The position numbers were made by a program, and so were the translations under genes. Positions 32,145-46,547 of a stretch of DNA of 64,000 nt are shown in pieces. The DNA comes from Phallusia mammillata. Its lineage: Eukaryota. The notes beneath the pieces are model-generated. The model ran no database searches. It saw only the letters and a program-made list of their open reading frames with translations, and had not been told where the DNA came from. The stretch lies in NCBI GenBank assembly GCA_965637545.1, contig OZ281499.1, positions 15,624,001 to 15,688,000 on the forward strand, read 5' to 3'. Numbering within the stretch: the stretch's first letter is position 1; every line of letters starts with the position of its first letter.

Positions 32145-35100
32145 CTTTTAAGTGACCGCTGAGCAACGATTTTTAATTAATCCGTTTGCGAAAACGTATA
32201 ATTAAACTCAATCAAGTCAATTAAACAACTTTATTTAAATTGAAAACAAGAAATAGCAAGGATAGAATTTTCGTATTTTATTTCCAGGAAGAGCAAAAAA
32301 ACTTAAATATTACCACTCTGAGAGAAGTCTGACACAAATCAAAAGAATGAGGGCAAGGCCAGTTATTGTACAAGATTTCATAACCAGAGGTTTACCACAT
32401 CTCACTGACAGCTCTTCGGCGAAAGAACGATTTCCGAAGTGCAGAAAGTCGTTTCACTGTTTTCCACGAAATTGACGTTTCTCATTATCTCAAGAGTAGT
32501 TCAATTCGAGCTTAACATTTTAGTCCTTGTGCTTGTGCACAACACGACAAAATGCAAACGTAAACAAATTCACAAGATGTATTTTGACTGACTGACAGTA
32601 CATCAACAGACACCGCAAATTAGCATTTGATTTAGCATACAGCCGAATACCGATAAATAAACTCTTTTTTGAAATCCATGTGACATCATGAAGTTGTTTT
32701 GTTTGCAAGAACGTTAATTTCAACACAATACTTACATTATCTCAGTTGTTTTTATCTTTTTTTATTTAGAAATATCGATTCAAAACGTTGCATACCAGCT
32801 TTGAAAATATGACACACAGAATTGCAAGCACCATAAACTTGACTGTCGTTTTTTACAGAAACGGACAAGACCTTCTGCTCTATGTCATCTGTGATAACGC
32901 ACAATCAGTTACGAAATTACAAAGAGCATTTAATTTCTGCTGATGCTGTATGATAAAAAAGAATAAGTTTTGCTGATGTCGCAAAATTATAGCCTACCAA
33001 CAAGGAGGTATTCGTTTTACAGTATACCGAATTTACCAAACTAGCGGTCAAATATTGGCTGAAAAATAAACGGCGATGCGAAGTGTTGTGACGTCTGTGG
33101 CTGTGTGAAATAGTGAGACGGAACTACAAACGTTTGAGATACAATGTGGGATAAAATAATAGCGGTTTCTGTTAGCGGTTACAAAGCCTATGATAAAATT
33201 TCAAACAAATAGAATCTATTTGAATAAGTAATCGAAGATGTCATTTAGGCAAAATTTATATCTTTTAATTATCTTTACTGACTGATTGTGTTTCGCGGAG
33301 ATTATTTTTCATTATCGGTTGTTCATTATCATACATGAAATCGATACTAGCTTTATACATCCCTATCGACATAATCGAAAAAAATGCTAAGCTAATATCC
33401 CCCATGCGGAGATTGACGCAACAAAATGCACATCTTTTTAAACTTTGATTTAATTTAAGCAAAAAGTAAAAACGGCACACCAAATCTTTCAGTGCTAGAA
33501 GCGCTACAAGAATGTTTTCAACATGCAGGTTTTACAAAACGGAATAACTTTTTAAAAAAATAAAAAATAAAAAGCATTTTTTTACAAAAAAACGTCACCT
33601 TAAACATGTTTAGGGTCATAGTTCAAGCGGTAACATACATAAGACGACTATCTTCGTTATCGCGCATGGCCCAACCTTAGCAAACAGGTAAAACGTTTGA
33701 TTACATTTGATTTTAGCGCGCCCTGTATAGTAAGATTGATTTTCACGCGCTCTGTGGGAAAAAGACAATCGATTTGTCTGTTTTTGTCTGGAAATAACTA
33801 AATGTCGGGATTACACCCTCATTGCGAAGCATGAATTATCGTAATGTGGGAATGGCTCCAAAAAATCAATGCAAATTCTTGACATAATGGAAACAAAACC
33901 GATGGCATCCACACCAAGACATTTGCTAATTGCGTTAGTTTGTCATGCAATTTCCTTGCTAGCGAAGATGAATGACTGGGACCTCGTAAGACGTCATTTC
34001 TTAAGCTAAGTTTGCTGCAGTTTGTTGTTGTTACTATGTTAAAGTCCACAAATCGATTTGTTGAAACAATTCTGCTGATAAATAAAGAAACGTGGCCCGA
34101 TTACCTATTCAAAAAAACCTTTAAATGTCACCTTTTTTTAAAATAATAAACAACATAGTTTACGTTTATTAAACTTTTAAAGTGTTTGATGACCAAACCA
34201 AATCCACTAAAAATGTTTAGCAAAAACTTTTTTTTTAAATACCTTCCTAATCAATGCTCGCTAGATTGACATATTCACGGAAATGAATATAATCATACAA
34301 TGCTTCATTCTAAAATGACTGCAATAACTGCAACTCACCTTTGTTTGGCATTTTTTGGTCTCCCAGTGCTCTACATAGCACGATCTGAAAAACTGCCAAA
34401 CGTTGCCAAAATCAAAAAGTCATCCATTCCCTGTTGGTATATTTGGCTGTTGACTAACGCTTTTTCTTTTGTTTTTTCCCACACCTTAACTGCTCTGCAC
34501 GGGACATGTACTTACAACAGTTTGCAGTAATTGTTGCTGCATCGTTTGAAGTGGTGTGTAATATCCTGTCACTTGCAAACACTGCCCAGTGCACTACCGG
34601 TCCTGGTGACTCATACAAAGTGATTAGCTTTCATAACGCGTACTGTCACATCTGTAACCTAAGCACACCGAATGTTTATACAGTATGACTGGCATAAAAC
34701 AGGCCGCGTATAGGTACTATAGGATTCAATTTGCTTTGTTCTTAGCATTTTGCGTCCTCAAACCTTACTTAGACGAGTCACATCACTGCATACTGGCCAA
34801 GCCATAGTGCAAATGTAGAGCGCATTGCATACACAATACAGGAAACGCATCACAGGAAAATATTGGAGCAATTAACAAGACGCTTTGCTGGTGCGGCTCG
34901 CCACTCAGTCGGCCAAGCACGGGCCATAGAAATAGCGAGCCAGAAAGATCGGAATTCGCAAATTTGATTCTGGGCAGCGTGGGAATTGATTCCACTGGTG
35001 CGAGTGCCACCATATTTGATATGTTTTCATCACAGTAATTCGGTCACAGTCAAACAGAACACTAGCGAAATTGGAGATTTCGTTGCTAAAGAGCGACAGG

Positions 35101-35880
35101 GCTATGAAAGATTCATGTCCTGATAAGATTTAAGTATGTGTTTTGTTTATTATCATTCAAACCTGCAGTATTGTAAAACTTGTCACTGAGGGTGGCTCAG
35201 TCATTTCAATAGCTCCGACCTTTCAAACAAAGTAAAAGGTCGCACAATATGCAAATAAGGTGATTTTCATACCAGCCGTTGGCAGTGACTTTGGATTTGC
35301 GCATGCAGGCAATGCGATGTATGATAACAAAATAATACCAGGTTCTTGTATTGCCAAAAATATATATTTTGTATTCAGTTTACACATAACTGCATTTACT
35401 AAACTCCATGTCGTTTTAATTTATATAGTTTGTATTACAATGAATTTGAGTCCAATACGGCTGTATGTAGGCAACTAACAAGAAAGGAAACAAACTATTG
35501 GAGTTGCCCAGTGGATATATGAAGACACCTGTGCATGTTGCAATTGTGCACCTTGCAAGGCAATTTAATGACAAACTCATCCAGATTAGTAACGGCGACC
35601 CGCTCGTGTGAGAGTGACAAGTGATGGGATATTTTCCTCAGATGCCATTTTACGATAATAAGGTATCCATTACAGCGGAATTCAGCCCCTCGGGCCTGTA
35701 GGCAATTGAAATCTAATGAAAATTGGCCAGCTACTATAATTAGCAGGAGCCTCTGCAGGCGAAGTGTTGCCGGATAACGATCAAAAAGTGAATGTTGCTT
35801 TGTCATTTTTTCAATAGATCTTGCCGCGGCCACGTCGAGCACCGTCTGTCAATCAAAAGGCGAGAAAATATACCAGCCTC

Positions 35881-35918
35881 GTTTGAAGGTGTTTGAAGGT
35901 GTTTGAAGGTGTTTGAAG
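35881..35918 (+). repeat. (GTTTGAAGGT)x~4 microsatellite
   Basis: Read directly. Confidence 0.9.
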
Positions 35919-38900
35919 ACTGAAAGCAAATGTATGTGCTTGCTAATTTCTTTCATTACATAACGCCACAAATTCAAACGTTTTCGTGGTCAAGGAACCT
36001 GCTGTGTGAGTGTGTGGTTAGACATTCGCTATTTGTTTCTGCAAAGGCGCCAATGGTAAACGATTGCAATGCTATAATTATGTCAGATTTGAAAAGGATT
36101 ATGTGAAAAATATACTTGTCACAAATTTGCCAGATCAAACTAGCCATGCACAATTTTCCGCAAACGACCTCATGTACATAACGCTTATTAGGCATGTTTA
36201 AAACAAAACAACTAATGCTAAATCACCAAAATCTGCGCTTACTTTGTGAACAACTGTTTAAAACTAATAACTTCTCAAAATAAACATTTCTCATTGAAGG
36301 TTAAAAAGTCCCAAAATCCCTGTTTTTAATAACCTTACTTAAAGACGGCCTGAAAATGCATTTTTAGTCAAAGCTACAAAAGCTTGTGTCAATTGTGAAA
36401 TCATCTATTACATGCATTTCTATTAACATTGAGAAAAAATGTGTCTTATAACGGCAAAATTGATGTATCGTTTATTGTGGTGATGCACAGATTTAAACGG
36501 CGTTAGTAATCTGACATTTCAACAAAGAAATTGAAACAAGTTGTATCACAATTTCTCGTTTTGACAACGATCTTTTTACATGCTGAAAAAATGCATTAGT
36601 TTGTGTACACCGAAATAACAATCTTCATTCGATAAAAACTAAATCCAAAACAGATCATACCTAAAATCGATTGTTTACATTTAAAAGCAACTTTAAGAAA
36701 ACCGCTTTTCGCAAAATGACATACAACATCAAACTATGAACGCAACGTTATATTAATGTTGTTCAGTGTATGCATTCCAGCATCTACTTTACCTGTTTCC
36801 TTGATCTGCAATATCTCACATAAGTGAATTAACTCCATTGCAAAAAATGCCACTATCAATACGATAAACATTAGACCAATCAAAATATTCAGTCCAAACT
36901 GTCATTTAAACAGCTACTACAAAAACAAATACGTTTCGCTGACCTAAATATTTAATCACAGGTGAAAAAGCGTACACTTGTCAGAAAGGAAGTCTTTCAT
37001 CACTTGAGCCACTGACGCATATCCAGCAAAAAAGCCATAAAAACGCATTAAAAGCGATAAGATTGTGACTAATGTTAACATGGCGTTATCACAAAGGGAA
37101 AATTCTCTTTCATGCCCGAGGGCTATTTATTTAATGGCCCTTAATGACATGTCGCCCAGGCTGGGAAAGAAACAACCCAGCAAGTTTGGGCGAAAAAGGG
37201 CCACATACATATTGCTATACACGAGCAATCATGCCTATGTTGAGTGATGTCTTGTTGGTTGTGAAATGACATAGAGCTGGCATTTGCGCAGGTGTTTCGT
37301 GTGTTTTCCGAACAAACAATCGATCTTTATATCCGCTCAAACGACTTAATTTCACAAATCTTGGATTTTCATTTGGCGCCAGTGTATATATGGTCATGCA
37401 ATCTTTGTGTATTTTCGGATGTACATTTCATTGACAATAAACGTGTGGTGAGCCAAATTCACACAACGGTTCATGTGCTCTGCGCTGTGTGAAAACGAAA
37501 ATTTTTCAGCATCGGGCTCTAAACATACGTTTGCAGTCAAATCATGAGGTGAAACCGCATGTCATAAATGTTTGTTCAGATTTCACAGAGTTTCAGTGCG
37601 TGTTGATTTACGATGGTTTACAAAACAAAATATTAGGAAATGCAAACATGTGCACATAGACGACTATAGTGGTCGGGTTCCTCCCTGAACTTTTCTGTGT
37701 TAAAGGGCAATTTAATTAAACGCATTATACACAGCAAAAACTAAAATCATTGGTTGGGAAAATAACAACACCATTACATTTTCAAAGAATTGTTTTTCCA
37801 ACTATAATTTCCAATTCCCAGCACATAAAATACTTTTTGTCATTCAAAATAACAGGGTATTTATTTTAACATAGCCCAATATAAGGGGACCGAGCAAATA
37901 CCTTTTGTTTGCCTCTCCGGCCTTTTTAAGAGGGGACATAAATATGCATAATAGTAAAAACTTCGCAATGCCAACAATAATTCAGCAAATTTTAACAACT
38001 GAATAAACGAATTTAAAACGGCGTTCCTCTTTAAACAGGTGAAAGCAACGCTTTAATTTCATTTTATTTTAATATAAACCAACATAAAAACATTACACAA
38101 AACCATGCAAAATCCTAATCGAAAAATGGACGTTATAAACTTCAATGGGACGCCTATGGCCTTATAATTTAACTCGTGACAATCTGCTAATTAAATTGCT
38201 GCTATTAAGTACTTCAAGTTATGTAAAATTAAGCGTCTGTACTTTGTATATGCTTGTATTTCGTGGTGGGTCATTGGCGGCGATGCAGGGGTCAAATGCT
38301 GAACAAGAGCTTTTTGGAAAAAAAGATGTAAGATGTAATAGTTTTTCGTTCCCACAATAATTAATGTATTGAAAGGTTACAACATTGGGCGTTTTAGTCC
38401 ATACAATTTCTTAATACTGTTATAGATTCCAGCCAACGTCCAATTAACATCCACTAAAACTGTATGCTAAACAAGTTTAAAAATCATCTAATACATTTTT
38501 GACAATTTAAAAGTTTTCGCCATCAGCGCTTAGCAAACACTAAACACATTTTAAGCAGTTTACCAGTAAATTCAAGCTTGAGCAACAGTGGCTTCAGCCA
38601 AAAAGTTGTGTATAAAGTAATGCAACACAAAAGAGTTATGATAAAGAAAACGTCTTTGATGTAACCAAAGATGCGATTCTTATCGTTTACCATGTTGTCG
38701 TCTGCCTTCCATAAACAAAAGCTAAAAAGTTTTGCAAAGCAAAGTAAACACAATACTGGTAGTTTAAATTGACATTATATGCGCAGTTATAGCATTGGAA
38801 TGCAAACAACTACCGACAAGACCTAAATGTTTTGACCCACGCGTTGTAAAGATATGTCAGAATCGAATGCGAAATACACGCAAAAAAGGTTAGGCAAATA

Positions 38901-41900
38901 CAGCGAAAGGGCAGACATTATCATGTTTTCAGTTGAACAACGCACTGCTTCAATTTGCATTGGAAGTATATGTACCACTGGCGATTTTCGCGTAGTGCTG
39001 TACCCGACAGCTGGTACTGATAAACACATGTTAACACAAAAATGCGGTCGTCAGTTTTCTCGTAAACAGTCTTAGTTTATAAACAAACATCAATGTAATA
39101 CACAAAGTACGTAGTCTGTTACAGGAGTTGGTAATTTTCATATTGCAGGATCGTACCATGTTGCGCATTCAGAACTTGTTGGGAAATACCCTCTGATTTT
39201 ACCACTTATAATTGTACCTCTTGAGTTCGACCGTGACATTACAGTGTGTAGTTATAATCGGATTAAATTTATCAGCAAAAAGTTATATGTTTTGAACGTA
39301 CAAATAGCCCGCAGAGGAAAGCAAAATTTCCTAATTTGACATTCCTCAGAAAACACAACACTTCAAAATTTTACCTGAAAAGGTAACTTTAATAATATTT
39401 ATGGATAAACAAAGATGCGGCGGAAACTTTACAAAAATGTTAGCGCCTAGTTCGTGCAGTAGTGGTTTCAAAAATGCTCAAATTTAACCGCATCCGTCTT
39501 TTTAACATTTTTGAGTGCATGTTATCCGTGCCACACGTTATTGAACCAGAAATCATTATATTTTACCTACTTCAACATAAGGTAGTTCATCTTTAATACC
39601 TTTAATTCCCGACAGTTCAATGCCTAAACTTAAAACTTTACATGCACAAACAACACATCGGCGCATACTTGTACTTATTTTCCTGCACAAACAATTTTCC
39701 TTGTACTATTACATCAAGAGCTTTGTGCATAAAATCATAAGTTACAATATTTGCTTTGTCACTACTGGTGGGTTTTGCGTGGCATCAAACGTTTTCACGT
39801 GCTTAGCTGCGGTAAACAACATGAAACGTTAAAAGCAAAAGCCTCAATCGCATTTGAAGCAGTATTTCTGCCTTACACAGTGATTACCTCCCCCTTGGCA
39901 AAACCAAAAGACCACAAGAAGCGTTGCGTTTGGATAAGAAGTTTACTATCAAATCGTAAATATATATTGTTTGTCTCATGTCCACATTGAACTCGCCACT
40001 CCATAACAACTCGGCCAAAAAGTTCTAAAAAATCGAATCTATATTTCGCACAAGACATGTGAAAACAATTCTAACAAAGACATTATTTTTTATACCTATT
40101 CGAATTGATTTTTTTTTTGGTCTGTTTACTTGCAACCTGATCTCAGACACAACAACATAAAAAGTATAGCCTATCCCTTATTTAGCCCTAGCAAGTTTAA
40201 ATAGTCTTATCTAAACCAACCCTGTCAGCCTGTTTTGGCATATCAGCACACAAAATCGTAAATACCTGGTTAAGAGAACGCCAAACAACGACTTGTCGCT
40301 TTTCAAGAGTTTTCATTAGGCAACCTCATGTCCTCGAATGTGACTCATTCATTCGCATACTATTGTGGCTCTTTTTACTTGATTTCTCTATGACTAACTC
40401 ACGTGGGGACTTTGCCGCGCGCCTTTGTTTGCTGAAAAGGCCCAAAGCCGCGTCAATAACCGCTGTCAATATCCATGCTCTGTTGCGCAATCACACTGCA
40501 AACACCCGAAGATACGAAAACTGTACGCTGTTACACGGCACATGTGTTTTTGTGCAAATATATGCGCAAACAAGCCAATATAACTAAACTGTGCCAACAG
40601 GTGACAAATATTTAAAGAGACAATCCAAACCGATGACGTCACACACCTATGACGTCAGAAAAGGCATTGTCATCTTTCTGACTAGGCTTGCTCAGAGAAA
40701 GCTAGTTTTCGAATAAAATTTTACAATCATCTAAATACCTACAAACACAGGTAAAATGCTGAAATGTGGGTGGTCTGGTTAGTATTTGTGGCGACAAGAA
40801 CCGCCTGGTACGAGGTTTTTCATAAAATTTAATATCTTTAATATCTGAGTTTTCCTGTGCAATGAGATAAGCAACATTGTTAGCGCTTCGGCATGTATCA
40901 ATTAACTTCGCTTGCCATCAAACAAAGATTACCTAAAACCAACAGCACTGACTTGAAACAACCTTTGACTAATTGCTCTAGACACGATACGTCGAAGAAT
41001 ACAACCACACTACTCGAAAAACACACTTTTCATGACGGACGACAGTTAAACATGTGTTCAGTTTTTCATAACTATGTAACCTGCGGTTTTCGACTATTTC
41101 GTGTTAATATTGGAATATAATTACTTATCCATCATTCGTGAACAAAGGCCAAAACTGGATTGTAGGTTAAGCTCGTCTTGTTTACTCCCTAAACATCAAA
41201 TTATCCTTGTCTGGTTGCCATGACCGTTGTACAGATCTTGATTAATGGAGCAGTAAATGAAAGGTGTTTTTTTTTCTTGCCTAAGATAAGTGGGTTGCTG
41301 AACGACACGCATCACTGAATACTATGCTGCTAAGTGCATTTTCTTCGACTTTCAAGGGCGCCTTGAATTTTCAGTGACGTAGAACCTAAATGTTAAGTCC
41401 TGATGCTGTAATGCGTTAAAAACTGCAGCTGAACTTTCCTTTTGGCACTTTCAGTTCGGATATTCCGTCAAATGGCATTTTTAAAGGCTTTCCATGTTCT
41501 CGTATTTTTTGTGATAGATTTCAGTGCTGCACTACTATAGTTAAACTGACAAAAATATTGTTTTTATACAGACGTACTCATATTTCGTAACAAACTGGAA
41601 ATACACCAATCAGTTTAAATGCAAATCGTCAAAAAATTAGCAAAAAAACTGAATGCCTAAAAATTGCCATTAACACGACAATCAGGGAAAAAATTGTAGT
41701 CTTAGGTATTTGAGTATATTCGCCTAATGCGCTGTAGTCTTTCGTTGAAAGAACGTTTAAGCCAAGCGATTTTCATTCCTACTGGCAGTGTGTGCGAAAT
41801 CTTTACCTGACCTTAAAATCTGTGAATGTTTTGATAAGGATCTTTTGACTTGTGACAAAAATGTTTTACCCTTTATACGGGCATCTTTTGAACGTTTGAA

Positions 41901-43878
41901 GTATTTTATCAATCTTTCCATCGCTATTCGCATTTTGGGGCTACGCAAATATTTCATTGCGTGTTTGTGACGCATCAATGACGTCAGCGCGATCACGTGC
42001 ACGTTTGCCAAAACAAAAAGGCTGTAGCGAATCTATAACAAGCGTAACCGCAAAGATTAATTTGTATTTTCTTTTTGGTAAAAATATGTCCGTTATCACT
42101 GACATGCGAAAAAGGAAAGTCCAAGGTCTAAAAATAGTAACATTCTTTAGGTGATTTTGGTGGGCTTAATGCTATTGTAGTCGAATATTACACATTAACG
42201 CAACGTGTTCAGTTTAAAGACAAGGCGATTGAAAACAATTGCAACACTTAAAATATTACCTTTCATTGCACTGTTACAAAAATGAGTGGTGCAGTTAACA
42301 TAAGAAAAATTTTCTTTCAATTTGCGCAAAACTGTTGGATTTGTTGACCTACTCTGGTTTATGACGCAGGGATTGGAGACGTTTAAGTCAGCAATTTAGG
42401 CAATTTTAACAATCGAGTGAAATTAGTGAGCGTACAAAACCGAGTCAGCTTACTCTGTTGGCTGTGATTGACAACTATAATCCTGCAACTCAAAACACGG
42501 GTTTGTTGACATAGTGAGACAATTGATGAGTGGTGTGGGTGAGATTCCTGCGCAATCGTTTACCATGAAACTAACTGTTTGTTGTACAATGTTGCTTGCA
42601 AAATACATTTCTTACATTTGCGCAATAATTATAAACCAAAAAAATTCGTGAATTTTATTTCTTGCCTGTGAAAACGCCTTCTTGTTCGATTTCGTTTACT
42701 GGTTTTGCTATAGGATTAGCGAAAAGATTTTAAACATGTTTTACAAAAGAGTAACATGAATTTTTTCTAAGACCCTAAATTCGTAAGGTTATAAGCTTAA
42801 ACTTTTGGTTATCTGCACTAAGCTCAGTAAATTCCTTTGCAAAATAGCTTTCATAAAGATTCACTGTTGTTTGCTCTTACTATAGATTAAGAAAATATTG
42901 CAATCAATTAAATTAAACCTTTTTTATCTATTGTAACTTTCACTATCTCCTAATTTGCTTTTATTGCATTCACGTGAAACAAACATCGCCTATGATACGA
43001 GAGCGACGGTCACGACATTTTTTTCGCAAATTGCAGAGTTTTGGGACCAACCTTTATTGCGCTCAATTTCAAGTACGCTCTACTGGGGCCAGTCGGACAA
43101 ACGACATTGACCTACTGACGCTCAACAGGAAATCAACACACCACCATTAAGCGCCTTGCGACATTTCTTCAAACTCTTGTTTGTTTTTGCGCCAGAGTCA
43201 TACGCTTTAAAGCGACTTCCTTCCTGTTTCAACCTGACTTTCGCCTCACATTAGCCACGCTCTCAATGGGACACAATCTTTTTCAAATTCTCGCTCGTTT
43301 TTTACAAGTCGCGATGCCCATTGCGGAACAATGAAAATACATTTGTAGCAAACGAAGCATGGGATACTATTTCATGCCTTTAATAAGCTCTTAAATACAA
43401 CTACTATACAGAAGCATGCAAGCGGGGCGAACCGAGTCCCAGGGCCCTGGTTAATTTGCTATGACTGTTAGCCCTAAAGCAAGTGACCATGTCTGACAGC
43501 GATTTGAGAAGTCAAATGTTTCCTGTCTGTTGAGACAAGCTAAAAGACGCCACGCCCCAATAGGCATTATGAAATACCTGGCGAGCGCAACCGAAGTTAA
43601 ACAAACTGTAATAACAGTGATTTGAAAGGCAAACCAGAAATAGTAGTGCATATCAAACAGAGCAGCCAAGCAATAAACTTTCTCCAAACACTAACTGAGG
43701 CAATAATGTTACATTGTGAATTTTCAACAGTTTCACATATTGCCATGTCTAACCTTAACCAATGTTCATTAAAATTATTCCATAAACCTTTTTTAACATT
43801 TTGCTATAGGAAGTGAAAAGTCTACCGCAAACGACAACTGAAACATGATACACTTACCCTTACAATAGAGTTTTATGC

Positions 43879-46406
43879 TTTATTTAGAATAGTTTTTGTC
43901 ATTAGTATGTTATATTGTCAATATTTGTGCTGTAAACATGGATGAAATAAGTAGGACTTTTTGTAGCAAAGTTAAACTTTTTTACCAAATAAAAATTAAA
44001 AATGAAATTACAACAATCATTACCGACCTGAATTAATTTAGTAAAACATAACAAATAAAAATTACATCCCAGTTGCTAAGCTGTGCATACCTCACTTTGA
44101 CACACAAGCTTATACAAACTATTTGGGCCAAATACTTTTCAGTCATTTCGATTAAAATTGAGTCTGGAGAAAGTTTGGCCCTTTAGGTCCCCTAATCATG
44201 TCCATGCTTTGACACACAACTAAACAAAAACATAGTTACTCACATACATTATATCGCAAGGTAAAGACTAACCAAATTATGTCAACACAAAGGCAATTTC
44301 ATTATTTTATATGCTAACAGACAAAAAAACATTAGCATAAATAATAAATGTCATTCTATTACAATATTAAATCATAGACCACTTCCTGAAACAAACATAT
44401 GGCGGCAATGCATAAACATTCAACACAAGTTGTATTATTAGTTTAGCCAGGAATTTGGCTTTAAAGCCATCATCCACAGCAATCATTTGACAAACAATTC
44501 ACATTGCTTAAGGAAATGAGTAAATACAATGAGTCATGCAAAGAACTACAAACATCAGTGTGTGAAATCACCGTTCTGTTGTATTTGGATGTAAAATGTT
44601 CAGGTTACATAACATGATAATCCTTATCTGATTACCAAGAAGCAGTCAAGTGAAAGATGTTAAAATGTCAATCAAAACTTTATGTGGGCATAATTTTACA
44701 TGACACTAATGACTAATTGTATGTATATTTAATATTCCAAGATAAAAGGCAAGATTGGTTGTTTGGGCAAATCAAGATAAAACCGAAAATCTATGTCATA
44801 TCATACAAATGTTATGTCAGCTTTTAAAATGTATGTAAACTTTATTGCAAATTATGAGATATATGTGTAAATGATTTAATATGCAATTTTAAACACTTAC
44901 CACCATAAACAGGGTGACTCTGGCAGCCCAACTGCCGCCTCATAAAAACAGAGTGATGAAAATGTATTTGCATTCTCATGAAATGCTCCACAACAAACCA
45001 AGCTTGCTGCATCATTAAGTTCGTAATCATCGCTATTTCGCGCCCATACACCATGACGCAGTCAACGTCATAATAATGGAACTTTGTCGTCATCTTGTGG
45101 CAGTAAAATTATGTCAAATAGTACACTAGTGTAGTGGCTCCCAATCTATGAAATGGCTATTTTATGTTTGTTTTTTACCTCTGCAACAAGATCGATTTGA
45201 GATGGTGTTTTCCAGAAATTCCAACAAATCCAATTAACAACAAGTTCGTCATATAGATTAGCTCAGTGGTTCTCAACCTTCTACGGATTGCGTACCACCG
45301 ACTACTTTTTCTGTCGCTGAGTACCACCTAAATCCTGTTTGAACGGGTTGCCAGGAAATGGGACTATTTTCTCGACCAGTCTAGCATATTTAAAACCAAC
45401 AAGGATAGCAATTTCAAAAACGTTTCCAAGACAAGAGTTTTGCCCAAAACCAGAGCTATTCAGTTGGATCAGTTAAGTTTTCTGTTATGATCTCACTTGA
45501 ATTAGGTATTGCAGAAAGCTACTCGCGTACTACCTCAGAAGCTCAGGTGTAACACAGGTTGAAAACCACTGGCCAGCTAAATACAGTTTCAAGCAAATGT
45601 TTTTTGGTTGAATTCATTTATTGCGTGATGAATGCTGTAGCATTGAATTAGTAATAGCAATTTAAAGTAGCGGCAAAAGGCGCAAAAGCTTGGAGGTTCC
45701 GGAAAGTTCTCATAGCCATTTGTAATAGGTGGCATGATCATATATAACCATTGTACACTGTAGGACCGTTTGTACGCATTTGCCCAGTGCATGAAATCTA
45801 GTTTAGATGTCAAGACCTGTTCAATATAGTTGCTATATCTCTTATTTTTATCTATTTCATATTGGGAACAAAAGTCAAACGTGACAACTGTGTAAAATGT
45901 GAAAATCACAAGTGAGAAAAAAATCGGTGTGTGAAAATCCTAGGAAGCACATAACAGCAAAAGTGACAAACAGTAAAAAATTGGGATAAAAAAAAACGTT
46001 CGGCCAAAGTAAAACATGGCGTATATACGTCAATCCCCGCGAAATATAAACAACATAAAAAGCATAGGTGAAAACACAAACGACCACCGCACGATTAACA
46101 CGCGCCAGCGCGGCCGTACGGCTTGTATAAAGATTTCAGCTAAAAGGTGACGGCAAAGATATATTTGCAGACGTGACCAATACAAAATCTATGCTTTTTT
46201 TTAAATCAAATCAGTGTTCAAAGTTATGTGCTTTAACCGCAAAATCTGATCTTATCAAAAAAGACCTGTGTTCATATTGTTCTTAAAAATGCGAATCACT
46301 ACTTAGTAGTTGATAAGTGGGCATGAAACTTGTACGAAGGCCAGATTTGACCATCACGTTCTGGGCAGTGGTTATGTGGATTGCTATAGCAAAGTATTGG
46401 TCATCG
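43879..46406 (-). other. Putative Tolloid 3' UTR (end uncertain)
   Basis: AT-rich sequence after the stop, with minus-strand AATAAA at 45617-45622, 44841-44846 and 43879-43884; which signal is used cannot be told. Confidence 0.35.
45264..45571. mobile_element. hAT/Charlie-like MITE
   Basis: cagtggttctcaacct ... aggttgaaaaccactg. Confidence 0.8.
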
Positions 46407-46547
46407 TTATGCAGTGTTCACTTCGACACGTGGGTCCCGCAATCTGGTGCTCCTGTAAGATGCGCGAAATCCCTTTTTGTTGATCGTGTCGTCGGAGTGG
46501 AATCGGATGAGCAGTGAGTCGCTGGATGAGAGAAGCGTTGACGGTGC
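46407..46547 (-). CDS. BMP1/TLL: Tolloid last coding exon: CUB5 end and stop
   Basis: [46 protein letters not shown]. Confidence 0.93.
   Translation of the reverse strand, partial: APSTLLSSSDSLLIRFHSDDTINKKGFRASYRSTRLRDPRVEVNTA

Noticed and set aside
28000-43800. Short 60-115 aa ORFs in the intergenic region
   Set aside because: Composition typical of random AT-rich ORFs (Cys/Phe/Leu-rich), with no recognisable domain and no phase-consistent exon chain.
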